Shown here: one piece after another, positions 19,860 through 30,061 of the stretch
Numbering within the stretch: the first letter of the stretch is position 1
Layout of the letters: every line of letters starts with the position of its first letter
From: Candidatus Thorarchaeota archaeon
GTDB lineage: Archaea; Asgardarchaeota; Thorarchaeia; Thorarchaeales; Thorarchaeaceae
Assembly: GCA_963726195.1 (NCBI GenBank)
Contig: CAVSBO010000016.1
Location: 225,675-289,674, forward strand
Length of the DNA stretch: 64,000 nt
Reading direction: 5' to 3'
Translations under genes and position numbers: made by a program
The notes under the pieces: model-generated
What the model was told of the DNA's origin: nothing
Seen by the model: only the letters and a program-made list of their open reading frames with translations
The model's database searches: none

Positions 19860-21068
19860 TCACTTCATTCTCTTTGCTGCGGCCTCGAGTGCAGCAACGA
19901 GTTCAAGCTTTTTGCCCGTCAGGAAATTGATGGTTGCACCGCCGCCGGTGCTTATGTGTGTGATTTTGCCTGCGACACCCTTCATCTGTGCAACGGCTCC
20001 CATGTGACCTCCGCCAACTATTGTGACACCTTTGCACTTTACGATCGCGTCGAGTACTCTCTCAGTACCAGCAGCGAAGAGTGCTTTCTCGAAGTATCCC
20101 ATAGGTCCGTTGGCGAAGACGACAGCCGACTGTGTAATCGTCTTGCCAAACTTGTCAGTTGTTAGGGACCCAATGTCCAAGAAAGGAGCACCCTTCATCT
20201 GATCAAGTTTGCATTCAACACGCTTTCCATCCCTCTCGACAGCGGCGTCAACTGGCAGACCTATGACCTTCGGATACTTGTCAAGAAGCTGCTTGGCGAT
20301 TGTTAGTGATGATTCATAGCCTTTGACTGATGACACGTAATCCTTTGGTATGCTTCCCTGTGCAACAAGGAACAGTGTTCCAACGAGACCGCCCAGAAGC
20401 GCATTGTCCACTCGATTGGTAGCGAGCAGCTTCTGGAGTGTCTGGACCTTATCTTCCACTTTTGCTCCACCAAGGACCAGAGTCCATGGGTGCTTGTCTG
20501 TTGCAGTGGCAGCGGTCAGGGTGCGTATCTCCTTCTCCACTAGTCGTCCTGCGACTGAAGGAAGAACCGCGGTGAAGCCGACAATCGATGGCTGAGCCCT
20601 GTGTGCTGCACCAAAGGCATCGTTGACAAAGAGATCGAAGAGAGGGTAGAGCTCCTGTACGATTGGTTCCTTTGCCATCTCCTCAGGAGTACCTGTTTTC
20701 ATCTCACCTTCGAAGTATCGTGTGTTCTGCAGAACAAGCACTTCACCGACCTTCACCTTCTTGATTGCATCTTTTGCCTTCTGACCGAAGATGTCATCGA
20801 CGAAGCTTGCTTTGAGTCCGTTCTTTTTCAGAACGTCTGTATGCTTCTCCAACGAAGTGAAGTCCTCATCACCAGGACGACCTTGGTGTGCCATGAGGAC
20901 GACCTTGCTTTTGGCTAACTCTTTCAGCGTTGGAAGAGCGGCGATTATTCTTGAATCATCAAGGATTGCTTTCGTCTTCGGGTCCAAGGAGGAATTGAGG
21001 TCGGCGCGCACGAGCACGCGCTTCCCTGCATACTGTACGTCGTTAAGAGTCTTGAATGGCAGTGACAA
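19860..21068 (-). CDS. pgk: Phosphoglycerate kinase
   Basis: RADLN, HQGRPG, NDAFGAAHR, LGGAKV, NGPMG, STGGGA. Confidence 0.95.
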   Translation of the reverse strand: MSLPFKTLNDVQYAGKRVLVRADLNSSLDPKTKAILDDSRIIAALPTLKELAKSKVVLMAHQGRPGDEDFTSLEKHTDVLKKNGLKASFVDDIFGQKAKDAIKKVKVGEVLVLQNTRYFEGEMKTGTPEEMAKEPIVQELYPLFDLFVNDAFGAAHRAQPSIVGFTAVLPSVAGRLVEKEIRTLTAATATDKHPWTLVLGGAKVEDKVQTLQKLLATNRVDNALLGGLVGTLFLVAQGSIPKDYVSSVKGYESSLTIAKQLLDKYPKVIGLPVDAAVERDGKRVECKLDQMKGAPFLDIGSLTTDKFGKTITQSAVVFANGPMGYFEKALFAAGTERVLDAIVKCKGVTIVGGGHMGAVAQMKGVAGKITHISTGGGATINFLTGKKLELVAALEAAAKRMK

Positions 21069-21176
21069 TTCTGTTTCCCCAAGAGCCTTGTTAGTTACTC
21101 GGAATATAGATATTGCCATAAGAACGGAGTGCTTGGCTGAGTCCGAGATTCCCAGCCTGTTGGAATAGTCCTGTCG

Positions 21177-21318
21177 TGGTGCCGCAGGGGGGATTCGAGC
21201 CCCCGACTTCGAGATTGCTCAACTGGCTTGGGGGTTGAGACTTGATGACCCCATGTGTACCCCGATTAGTTCGGGGAGATTATGAGTCTCGCGCCCTAGC
21301 CGACTAGGCCACTGCGGC
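21177..21318 (-). tRNA. tRNA-Met(CAT), probably elongator, with 65-nt 37/38 intron (21216-21280)
   Basis: GCCGCAG/CTGCGGC stem, CGAGA CTCATA^A TCTCG, CCA; T-loop CTCGAAT (C54). Confidence 0.9.
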
Positions 21319-21483
21319 ATGGCTTTTCATTTGGTTGGTTCGGCAAGCATTTGTGATTCATTATTAAACCTAGCTGGAAGGACAGGATTCTGTGATAAGC
21401 TGAATGACTCTGCGGTCTTCTAAGCAAACACGTGAATGACTAGGTGAGAAATCATGTCACCAATCTTTGTCAGTAAATGACTG

Positions 21484-23400
21484 CTATTCCCTGAGTACTC
21501 GCTTGACTTCTACAGAGAGTAGCTCTTTGACCATCTTCCCGTCAAGGCGTCCTCGAATTTCCTTCATTGCGATGCCCATGAGACCGCTAATCGAGTCCTC
21601 ACCCTGTTCCCTAACGAAGTCGCGCCGCTCGTTGACAATGCGTTGGATAGTCGATCGGGCCTCCTTTTGGCTCATCGTACCCATTCGAGAGGTAGCGAGC
21701 AACTCTTCAAGACTGAGTTTGGTGTTGCTAGCGAGTTCCGTCAAGAGCGCAGGAATTCCTTCTGGTGCTATCTTGCCCTCTGATACCGCTTGAAAAACAG
21801 ACTGTAGATGCCCTTCATCAAGACCATCGACAGCTACACCGTCCCTCTGAAGGCTCACCATTGTATTCTCTAGTGTGGTTGCAACCAGCTTGGGAGAAAC
21901 CGAAGAGCCCTTTACAATCTTCTCGAACAAATCGAGATTAGTTGATCGTACCATCTGTGAGGCCATCTCTCCACTAAGAGAATAGTCTCTCACGAATCTT
22001 TGCTCTTTGCTCTCTAGGGTCTCGGGCATATTCTGGGCGATTGTCTTAAGGTGTGACACAGCGATTTTGACTGGTCGTACATCGGTCTCGGGGTACATCC
22101 TCTGCGCCCCGGGCCGCGGCCGGGCGTACTTCGATGTTCCAGCTGGAAGAGGCATTCGAGTCTCAGGGATTACTCCGTCTAGGGCTGCGCGAGCTCGCTC
22201 GATAACTGCTTTCAGAGCGTCAATACAGTTCTTCTTGGAAGCCGCAACAATGACGACTGCATCAACGTTGTCTGCATTCAGAGACTCTCGCAGTTTTGCA
22301 ACATCAGAAGATGTGATTCCGTAATTGGGCAATTCATCTGTGTGAAAAATGCCTCCGACCCCGCCCCAAAACTTGGCATAGTCGGATAGTTCCGTACCGA
22401 ATCTCCGCTCTGGCTGCAGCTCCTGTCCAACCAAGCCAGCGAAGCCAGGAAGTACGACTCCAAGAACGACGCCGCCAGACGCGAGAGCACTCTTGATAAC
22501 CTTGGATTCGGTATTGACAAAGATTTTGCTGATATCTTTGGGTGTCTGCTCAAACCTGTCAGAAGTGATGTCTCTCTGATGAAGCGTCTCCTGTATTCTC
22601 ACTAGCCCTTCTTGTCTCTGGACCTCATATTGAACAAGCGCGCTAAGCATATCGAGCTGCTGGAACCCCTTGATTTCAATCACTTTTCCGCCTTTGATTG
22701 ACACGTTGACATCTTGTCTGATAGAACCCAGGCCACGCTTTACCCGACCAGTGGACCTTAGGAGCATACCAATGGCAAGGGCTACTTCTTGGGCTTCTCT
22801 GGGTGAGCCTATGTCAGGGGCTGTCGCGATTTCGATTAGTGGAACGCCGAGACGATCGAGACGGTATACTGTAGTGTTAGCCTTGTCGTCGTCTGCTATC
22901 TTCCTTGCTGCATCCTCCTCAAGACAAATGGTCTGAATGCCAATTGTCTTCTCGCCCACAATGATGCCGCCACCATTCGCTACCACCGCAGTGCGCTGGA
23001 AACCGGTTGTATTGCTTCCGTCTATCACAATCTTTCTCATCGTGTGCACTTCATGGACAGGGACCGACTTCAGAAGACTCGCCATTGTCAGACATATGTC
23101 GATAGCTTCCGGGTTCAGGTCATGAGGCGGCTCCTCATCAGCCTCAACAAGACACGTGGTCGTATCGTAATACTCGTAATAGAAGCTCTTCTGCTTTTGA
23201 AACTCGAAGAGCGCCGCTGGGTCGATTTCGCCCATTTCACTCCTTGCAGGTCTCAATCGTCTGACTAAACGTCCGTTGGGCTCGTCCTCCCGCACAACAG
23301 GGGGACAACTACAGAACAGCTTCCGGTTGCTCTCAAGCTGCTGGTGTAACTCCAGACCAACCTTCAAACCGATTGCTCTGTAATGATCCTGAGACTCCAG
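21484..23400 (-). CDS. gatE: Glu-tRNA(Gln) amidotransferase subunit E
   Basis: GLELHQQL, DEEPPH, DGSNTTGFQRT, LEEDAAR, RMYPETD; probable CTG start 8 nt after AGGAGGT. Confidence 0.95.
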   Translation of the reverse strand: MESQDHYRAIGLKVGLELHQQLESNRKLFCSCPPVVREDEPNGRLVRRLRPARSEMGEIDPAALFEFQKQKSFYYEYYDTTTCLVEADEEPPHDLNPEAIDICLTMASLLKSVPVHEVHTMRKIVIDGSNTTGFQRTAVVANGGGIIVGEKTIGIQTICLEEDAARKIADDDKANTTVYRLDRLGVPLIEIATAPDIGSPREAQEVALAIGMLLRSTGRVKRGLGSIRQDVNVSIKGGKVIEIKGFQQLDMLSALVQYEVQRQEGLVRIQETLHQRDITSDRFEQTPKDISKIFVNTESKVIKSALASGGVVLGVVLPGFAGLVGQELQPERRFGTELSDYAKFWGGVGGIFHTDELPNYGITSSDVAKLRESLNADNVDAVVIVAASKKNCIDALKAVIERARAALDGVIPETRMPLPAGTSKYARPRPGAQRMYPETDVRPVKIAVSHLKTIAQNMPETLESKEQRFVRDYSLSGEMASQMVRSTNLDLFEKIVKGSSVSPKLVATTLENTMVSLQRDGVAVDGLDEGHLQSVFQAVSEGKIAPEGIPALLTELASNTKLSLEELLATSRMGTMSQKEARSTIQRIVNERRDFVREQGEDSISGLMGIAMKEIRGRLDGKMVKELLSVEVKRVLRE

Positions 23401-23401
23401 C

Positions 23402-24787
23402 TCAATCGACCTCCTTGCGGCCGACTTCCGCGGAGAGTTCTGTTCTCGTTCCAATTTCTCCAGCAATGTTTTGCGTCATTGCCGCCTTGACCTCTTCAGA
23501 ATCCTTCTTGTTTGCTAGAAGCCACATCAGTTTGGCAAGGGCGGTCTCAGACAGCATGTCTTCACAGGGTATTACTCCCATCTGCAACATCTCGACGCCG
23601 GGACGATATACATTCATGTTCACTCGTCCCCAAATGCATTGACTTGTCATGACAATGACGACTCCGGCATCAATTGCCTTCTTCAGAGATGGATGAATTC
23701 GTTCGGGTGCATGGCCGAGACCAGTCCCCTCTATTACAATCCCTCTGTATTCCGTATCTACCAGACTATCGATAATACCAGTGCTGATTCCCGGATAGGT
23801 CTTGACAAGTGCTACTTTGTCGTCGAAGCTCGGCTTCAAGCGGAGCTTTCTCTTTGTATCACGACGAGAGATTGGAGGAGATATCTCTGTGATTCCTGTA
23901 GAATCGAATTTGAACAAGGGTGGACAGTTGACCGACTGGAATGCGTCTCGTCTGCTCGTATGGCATTTGCGCACACGAGTGCCCCTGTGGGCAAGAATGT
24001 AACTATCGTCCGATTCGCCATGCATTGCAAGCATGACCTCAGCTGCGTCAGTCCTGCACGCCAGCTCTGTCGCACCTATAAGATTCAACGCAGCGTCGGA
24101 TGATGGTCTGTCTGATGATCTCTGTGAGCCCACTAGTACAATTGGCACCGGCAGCTCTTGTAGAGCGAATGCCATTGCAGCGGAAGTCACTCCAAGTGTG
24201 TCTGTCCCATGAGGTATGACTACTCCATCGACTCCTTGCTTAATCTCTGAGGCAATGGCCTTCGCGATTGCTGTCCAGTCCTGCGGGTGAATATTCTCGG
24301 AAAGAACGCTCATGACTACTTTCGCACGAACGTTTGCGTGATTCTTCAGTTCTGGTACTGTATCGTACAAATCGTCTGCAGTGAGCGCGGGATTGACGGC
24401 ACCGGTGACGTAGTCAACTCTGCTCGCGATAGTTCCTCCTGTACTTAGAACGGCCACAGTAGGAAGACTTGGCGTGTCAGTTATTGCGGTCCTCTGGACA
24501 GGGCGGCCTCGTGCCGGCGCTTTCTGAACTAAGCGAACCTTTGCTTGGGCGTCAATGCGAACTCCGACATTGTACCCACTGTCTAGTTTGATCACAGCAT
24601 GGTCGACGTCGGTCCCAATCTGCGCACGAGGCATGAGTATGCCAGAGACTTCCCTGTCCTTCAGGGAAACCGTGATTCTGTCTCCAATCTGAGCATTAAC
24701 TTCAGAGAGTTTACTAAGAACAAGACCGCTATATCCAGAGTCCTGCAAGCTCAATGCTGGCTCACCTTCAGTCGTAGCACCTGACAC
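23402..24787 (-). CDS. gatD: Glu-tRNA(Gln) amidotransferase subunit D
   Basis: KLDSGYNVG, STGGTIASRVDY, HGTDT, SQRSSDRPSSD. Confidence 0.95.
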   Translation of the reverse strand: MSGATTEGEPALSLQDSGYSGLVLSKLSEVNAQIGDRITVSLKDREVSGILMPRAQIGTDVDHAVIKLDSGYNVGVRIDAQAKVRLVQKAPARGRPVQRTAITDTPSLPTVAVLSTGGTIASRVDYVTGAVNPALTADDLYDTVPELKNHANVRAKVVMSVLSENIHPQDWTAIAKAIASEIKQGVDGVVIPHGTDTLGVTSAAMAFALQELPVPIVLVGSQRSSDRPSSDAALNLIGATELACRTDAAEVMLAMHGESDDSYILAHRGTRVRKCHTSRRDAFQSVNCPPLFKFDSTGITEISPPISRRDTKRKLRLKPSFDDKVALVKTYPGISTGIIDSLVDTEYRGIVIEGTGLGHAPERIHPSLKKAIDAGVVIVMTSQCIWGRVNMNVYRPGVEMLQMGVIPCEDMLSETALAKLMWLLANKKDSEEVKAAMTQNIAGEIGTRTELSAEVGRKEVD

Positions 24788-24993
24788 CTCGTGGCAGTCA
24801 TAAATCTTCGCTCTCGAGCTGCAATCTCACGGACATCTGAGTGCTTGGTTGGGAAAGGTGGATGCTTATACAATACGCAAGACAGCGTGTTCTTATGATG
24901 ACGATTCCCGCAGAGGATGCCATTGCTTCGATTAGCGTGTTTGCACATTTCTCACTCGGAAGACCGAGGAATGCTTTGTCAGAAGAGTCCGCC

Positions 24994-26322
24994 CTAAGAT
25001 TGCTGTTTCAGATACTTTTCCTGCAGGGCTCTGCTTATCCCGTTCTTCTTGATGATTTCACGATATATGTAGGCGCTCTCGCGAGGAGTCCGTCTGAGAG
25101 TTGAGTAGTCCACTCCAACTAGCCCAAAATGACTGCTTAGCCCTTCAGCCCATTCAAAGTTGTCAGTCAGACTCCAGACTATGTAACCTTGGACATTAAC
25201 CCCATCCTGGATTGCACGATGAACCTGTTGAAGATGAGTTACGATATACCTGCATCGGAGGGAATCGTCCAAAGTGCCAATCCCATTCTCTGTCATAAAC
25301 AGGGGCTTTTTCCACCTGTCCCAGAAGGACTTGATTACCGGATAGTAGCCCTGCGGATAGACCTCCCAATCAAGACCCTCACATCTTTCCAAGTTTGGAT
25401 CCTTGGGCGGCATCTCGCCGGCCATGAAGTCAAGCTCCGAAGATACACGCATACGGCTGTAATAGTTGACACCGATGAAATCTGCAGAATTCTCAAGAGG
25501 CGCATAATGGCTGCCGTCACCAGCTGGCTCAGGAATTGTCGCGGTCACGACACCCTTCAGCCACATTTGGTTGTACAGGTCATCTAGGTAATGAGCAAGT
25601 TCAATGTCTGCAGTATTTCTCGGATTGTAGGGCTCAAAGCATGATACGCTTAGAACTGGGGCAATCTGAGGCTGCGGCACGCCGAGGTCGGTGTACGCGT
25701 CACGAATACTCGTTGCAGTTAGCCCATGGGCCATGAGTAGATGTTTCCCCGCTGTGAGAGCCTTGCCATAGTCGGTTATACCGGGAGGAAACCCGCCAAA
25801 CAAGTAGCCATCAGCCACGACCACCATGGGTTCATTTATGACGTTCCAGATGACGTCATATTCTGACAATGCGGCTGCAATCTTGCGACAGTATGGGACA
25901 AATTCCTCAGGGCTCTTAGGATTGAGCCAAGCATCAGCATCGCGGAACCAGATAGGATTGGTGAAATGGTGGAGGGTCACCATTGGTCGAATGCCACGAT
26001 CTACAAGTGCCTTTGTCACGGCACGATAGTGATCTATCTCTCTTTCATTCCATTTCCCGCGCTGTGGTTCAACTCTGCTCCATTCAACAGAAAAACGATG
26101 AACTTGGTGACCTAGCTCCTTTGCAAGGTCGAAATCCTCTTCATACAAGTGATAGTGGTCGCAAGCCACACTTGAATTCGTGCCATCCTTAATCTTTCCT
26201 GGTATCTTCTCCCAATCGGTCCAATCGTTGTGATTTCCGCCCTCAGTTTGATGAGCCGAGGCGGCACTACCCCAGAGAAATCCCTTTGGAAACTTGAGAG
26301 TGCTGTATCCCATGTATGTCAC
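24994..26322 (-). CDS. Glycoside hydrolase family 1
   Basis: FLWG..SAHQTEG, INEP, TENG, DNFEW. Confidence 0.95.
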   Translation of the reverse strand: MTYMGYSTLKFPKGFLWGSAASAHQTEGGNHNDWTDWEKIPGKIKDGTNSSVACDHYHLYEEDFDLAKELGHQVHRFSVEWSRVEPQRGKWNEREIDHYRAVTKALVDRGIRPMVTLHHFTNPIWFRDADAWLNPKSPEEFVPYCRKIAAALSEYDVIWNVINEPMVVVADGYLFGGFPPGITDYGKALTAGKHLLMAHGLTATSIRDAYTDLGVPQPQIAPVLSVSCFEPYNPRNTADIELAHYLDDLYNQMWLKGVVTATIPEPAGDGSHYAPLENSADFIGVNYYSRMRVSSELDFMAGEMPPKDPNLERCEGLDWEVYPQGYYPVIKSFWDRWKKPLFMTENGIGTLDDSLRCRYIVTHLQQVHRAIQDGVNVQGYIVWSLTDNFEWAEGLSSHFGLVGVDYSTLRRTPRESAYIYREIIKKNGISRALQEKYLKQQS

Positions 26323-26385
26323 AACAAGTGACCAACATAGGACATGATGATAACTCTATCCAGACCTTCGCCGTCAGCAAGAGGT

Positions 26386-26507
26386 TGGTGCGGGAGGTGG
26401 GATTCGAACCCACGAACCCCTTCGGGAGAGGATGTCCTATGGCATGACCCCATGTCTTTGGCGCGATCTTAAGTCCTCCGCCTTTGACCTAACTTGGCAA
26501 CTCCCGC
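26386..26507 (-). tRNA. tRNA-Leu(TAA) with 34-nt 37/38 intron (26434-26467)
   Basis: GCGGGAG stem, GAGGA CTTAAG^A TCCTC, variable arm, CCA. Confidence 0.92.
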
Positions 26508-26588
26508 ACTGCGGATTCGTAGCCGTTCGGCAACGGAAATGCATCCAGTTATAATCTTAAGGTACCGAATAAAGAAAGCGTACGTGCA

Positions 26589-26666
26589 TGGTGGGGCGGA
26601 CGAGGTTTGAACTCGTGACCTACTCGGTGTAAGCGAGTCATCATGGCCGGGCTAGACTACCGCCCC
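26589..26666 (-). tRNA. tRNA-Val(TAC)
   Basis: GGGGCGG stem, loop CTTACAC, CCA. Confidence 0.95.
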
Positions 26667-26799
26667 GCAAGCCAGTCATCTTAGCATTGCGATTAAAAAC
26701 GTTGTGAGAACTTGATTTCTAAAGATTCGAACTTGGATTCCCCTTTGGCGGAGTTCTCTCGGTAACTCTAGTTGGAAAGGTCCGTATTCCGCCAGCAGT

Positions 26800-27473
26800 T
26801 CAGATGCGTATTGCCGTCACATGAAATTCCTGGCGAGAATCATCGAGAACCACAGAACCCACATCTGTGAATCCCAGATTGCAAACACGGTCCGTTAGTA
26901 GTGACATAGCAGAGGGCGTAGTCTTCGATTTGAAGGCCGCAATCAATCGCCCACCATGTCTGAGGAGAGGGGAGAACCTTTCAATCAGAAATGCTGTTCC
27001 CTGTGGGTCCGTGGTCACGTCAACCAAAAGCAAATCTAGTTCGCTCTTGCCGAAGAGAGAGAAGGGTCGATCTTGAAGGCGTCTTCCATTACTATAGATA
27101 GATTCGAGTTGGCACTGGCCAGCAGCAGAAGCGCATCTTTGAACCGCTCAGAGATTTCGATGCCCTTCGCGATAGCGCCTTTTTCAAGTACGTATTCGAG
27201 AAAACCTCCTGCTGAGCTCCCAATGTCTAGTACGGTCTTACCACTGGAGACCAGATTTCCCCCAAGAAGATTGTCGAGATGACTTAGCTTGTCGTAGCCC
27301 ATCAGAACGTCTGAGACTCCGGAAACGGTTATTGACTCCGTGCCGTTCACTTGGGTTGAGGGCTTGGCCAACTTTCCATTGACAGTGATGAGGCCTTCAC
27401 GAATGGCCCTTTTCGCTGTCTGCCGAGATCGGAATCGTCCGGTCTCGACAAGCCATACATCAAGTCTCGGCAT
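26800..27473 (-). CDS. S4 + FtsJ-like RNA methyltransferase (TlyA-like), frameshift at about 27060
   Basis: RLDVWLVE..SR..AK (S4), LDIGSSAGGF, continued in the next frame (LLLVDVT). Confidence 0.8.
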
Positions 27474-28233
27474 GTGCTTTTCCTCGGACCTCTCGCGGTA
27501 TGAACAAGTGCATAGGCACGCCTCTCAGATAGGGACCAATGGCTGCAACTATGCCTGATGCGCGTGTCGACCGTTTGCAGACCAGGGAATACTCAAACTT
27601 ACCAAGTTGCTCGACAGCGAAGATGTCCTGCGCATGCCCGGATTTTGACAAGCTTCTATCAATCATTTCTCTGCTTGAGCCCAACAGAATCAGACGCTCA
27701 TGGTCGTCAGATATCCATTTCTCAACGCGTTGTAGAAATGATTCATGGAACTCAGCCTCGATCGTGAGAGCAGTAATGTCAGATTTAGCTATGAGTATAC
27801 TGACAGGCAGGTTGTCTACGAGAAGAAGTGCGTCTCCTATTGCCCTAGCAGGTCTCTTTTGCATGTTGAACTGTGAACGAACACGGAAGAGCGGAACGAG
27901 AGCGTCTACTCTTTGAGGTTGACGTATGCCTAGGTCTACGTAGACGCCATAGCCCACCTTACCTACGTCAACAAGCCACCCTTGGTAAGGAGTTCCAATA
28001 GTTAGATTCTGTAGTCTCGGAACGAGCCCGTACTCCTTCGCCAAGACGTTAGCAAGAAAGTCCTGATCTTCCCCTGCAAAGTCTACGGTGACTAAGCCGG
28101 TCTCGTCCTTATCTAGTGCTCTGAAAGTGACATTGAGACCCTTTGCTAAGTCGGAGACCTCTGTCGACAACGCATTCAAGAGCCTCTGTCTATACGGGCC
28201 ATATACTCTGACAGGCAAGGTCACTCGTGTCAA
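27460..28233 (-). CDS. DUF2110 family protein
   Basis: LVDVGKVGYGVYVDLG; position downstream of tfe. Confidence 0.7.
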   Translation of the reverse strand: MTRVTLPVRVYGPYRQRLLNALSTEVSDLAKGLNVTFRALDKDETGLVTVDFAGEDQDFLANVLAKEYGLVPRLQNLTIGTPYQGWLVDVGKVGYGVYVDLGIRQPQRVDALVPLFRVRSQFNMQKRPARAIGDALLLVDNLPVSILIAKSDITALTIEAEFHESFLQRVEKWISDDHERLILLGSSREMIDRSLSKSGHAQDIFAVEQLGKFEYSLVCKRSTRASGIVAAIGPYLRGVPMHLFIPREVRGKAHAET

Positions 28234-28326
28234 TCAATTACCTCCGCAGTTATGGTTGCAAAACGGAAATCAATGAATAGTTGGCAAAACGTCCATGGCA
28301 ATCAGCCTCGTTTTTGAAGTGAGATT

Positions 28327-28863
28327 CTACGTTGGAGTACTAGCCTCAAGATCGGCCTTCAGCTCCTCTACCCGCTTCCGCAGGAAGCTGATTGCTCTTG
28401 CATTATCTACGTACTCAAGTTGCTGGTTGCATGCTGGACATCGAAAAGAGAGATTCATCGCTTCCTCGAACGGGACCGGGGAAGAATCGCGATTCACGCA
28501 TGCATAGAGGTCGTTGTTTGTCTCGTGTTCCAATCTCTGTTCGAGAAGACTGAGAACAAGCCTCTTCTTGTGGTTAACTAGGGCCTGCGCCTTTTTCGGG
28601 TCAATACGCCAGTAGTACAGGAACCAGCCCGTATTCGTGTCACGAATCCTTCGGTAGGACGCCAAGTGATTATCGTGAAGCTTGTAGAGAATCCTGCGTA
28701 CGACATTGAGTTTCAGACCTGTCTTTGTGGCTATTTCTTCGTCTGTGGTCTCATCGGCATTCACAAGAACCGTCGCCACATCTACTCCTTCCTTGCCTGC
28801 AATCTCTTCAACCACAAGACGGAACAAGTCATGATTGATTGATTGTGTCATCGAAGCGGTCAC
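28327..28863 (-). CDS. tfe: Transcription factor E
   Basis: TDEEIA, VRRILYKL, GWFLYYW, FRCPAC. Confidence 0.95.
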   Translation of the reverse strand: MTASMTQSINHDLFRLVVEEIAGKEGVDVATVLVNADETTDEEIATKTGLKLNVVRRILYKLHDNHLASYRRIRDTNTGWFLYYWRIDPKKAQALVNHKKRLVLSLLEQRLEHETNNDLYACVNRDSSPVPFEEAMNLSFRCPACNQQLEYVDNARAISFLRKRVEELKADLEASTPT

Positions 28864-29059
28864 CCAGTGGAGAGACTAGCTGGTTGAATGGAGTATTGAA
28901 AAGATACACGAATTAACCTGTACAATACTATTATAGTACATATTCTATATATTAGCTTCGTGTTGAAGATGCTGCTGCCCGTTCGGCGGATGAATGTGCC
29001 CAATTCTGAAGGCTACTATTCTTGAGGCTTAACACAGCAAGACTCTGTTTTGAGGCCCC

Positions 29060-29650
29060 TCATGCCTTTTGCGATTTCTTGCGTTTTACCTTCACGACAT
29101 CGCCCAGTGTTGCGGTATCCTGAGACCTGTCCTGATCGTGCACAACGGGGGCCGCGCCGATGGGCTCTAGGAGAGAAATGCCAAGCTCCCGTTCCAAGCC
29201 TCTGATGACCTTCTCTACGGGTTTCAGACGACCGGCTTCTATGCTTTGGAGCGTTGAGATGCGTTCTCCGACTTTCTGAGCGAGCTGTTCTTGCGATATC
29301 TTCGCCTTTTGTCTCGCCGTACGTATTATGACGGCATAGTTCTCCACAAGTATCATTTCGTCCAAGGTCACTGGGCGCTTCGGCGGCGGCTTGGGCTTCG
29401 GAGGTACAAATACGGGCTGTTTGCGTGCCGGAACAGTCGTAGGACGAACTGTAGGTGCAGGCCGTTCTGGACTAGGCAACCAGGAGGGCCTCACGGCCAT
29501 CTTGCTGGCTCTTGCACTCTTTGCCGTGCTCTCAGTTTTGCTTCCAAAGCGATCCGCACACTCAGGACATAGAACCATTGACGCTCCTTCTATTGTGACG
29601 CTCCTGCCCGGTCCCTTCATGTCCCGACCACAGAGTTCGCAGCTTGGCAG
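29060..29650 (-). CDS. mbf1: Archaeal multiprotein bridging factor aMBF1
   Basis: CELCG..CPEC Zn ribbon + Cro HTH (SQEQLA..IEAG); needs a CTG start at 29650. Confidence 0.9.
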   Translation of the reverse strand: MPSCELCGRDMKGPGRSVTIEGASMVLCPECADRFGSKTESTAKSARASKMAVRPSWLPSPERPAPTVRPTTVPARKQPVFVPPKPKPPPKRPVTLDEMILVENYAVIIRTARQKAKISQEQLAQKVGERISTLQSIEAGRLKPVEKVIRGLERELGISLLEPIGAAPVVHDQDRSQDTATLGDVVKVKRKKSQKA

Positions 29651-29715
29651 AGGAATCCCTCATTACGCACAAGACCTGTTCCGACTTGATAAAGATTGCC
29701 GACTGACGATAGCAA

Positions 29716-29943
29716 GTGACAGCGAACTTCGGCGAAACAGGCGACACGGAGCCGTCCAAGGATACTGTCGTGATTGAAGTATCAAAGGAAACAGCCAAGG
29801 CACATACCCTAGACTACGGGTCTGTGGCCAGGGAGGTTGTTGAACGTCTAAGCGGTTTGAACGTCAGTGACGATACGATAAACAGAACCATTGACCTCGC
29901 AATTGAGGCCCTGAGAAAAGAGGACTTCGACGTCTCTGAATGA
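29716..29943 (+). CDS. Small acidic hypothetical protein
   Basis: 75-aa ORF upstream of pan. Confidence 0.5.
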   Translation: MTANFGETGDTEPSKDTVVIEVSKETAKAHTLDYGSVAREVVERLSGLNVSDDTINRTIDLAIEALRKEDFDVSE

Positions 29944-30061
29944 CAGAATCGCGCTAAAGACCATCTTCCATGCCAAAGGCAACTTGCTAGCCACTTATGA
30001 CAGGGAGGGGTCAAGAATGCTTAAAACCGGAGCAGCCTATCTCTGTCCGAGGTGTCTTTGA

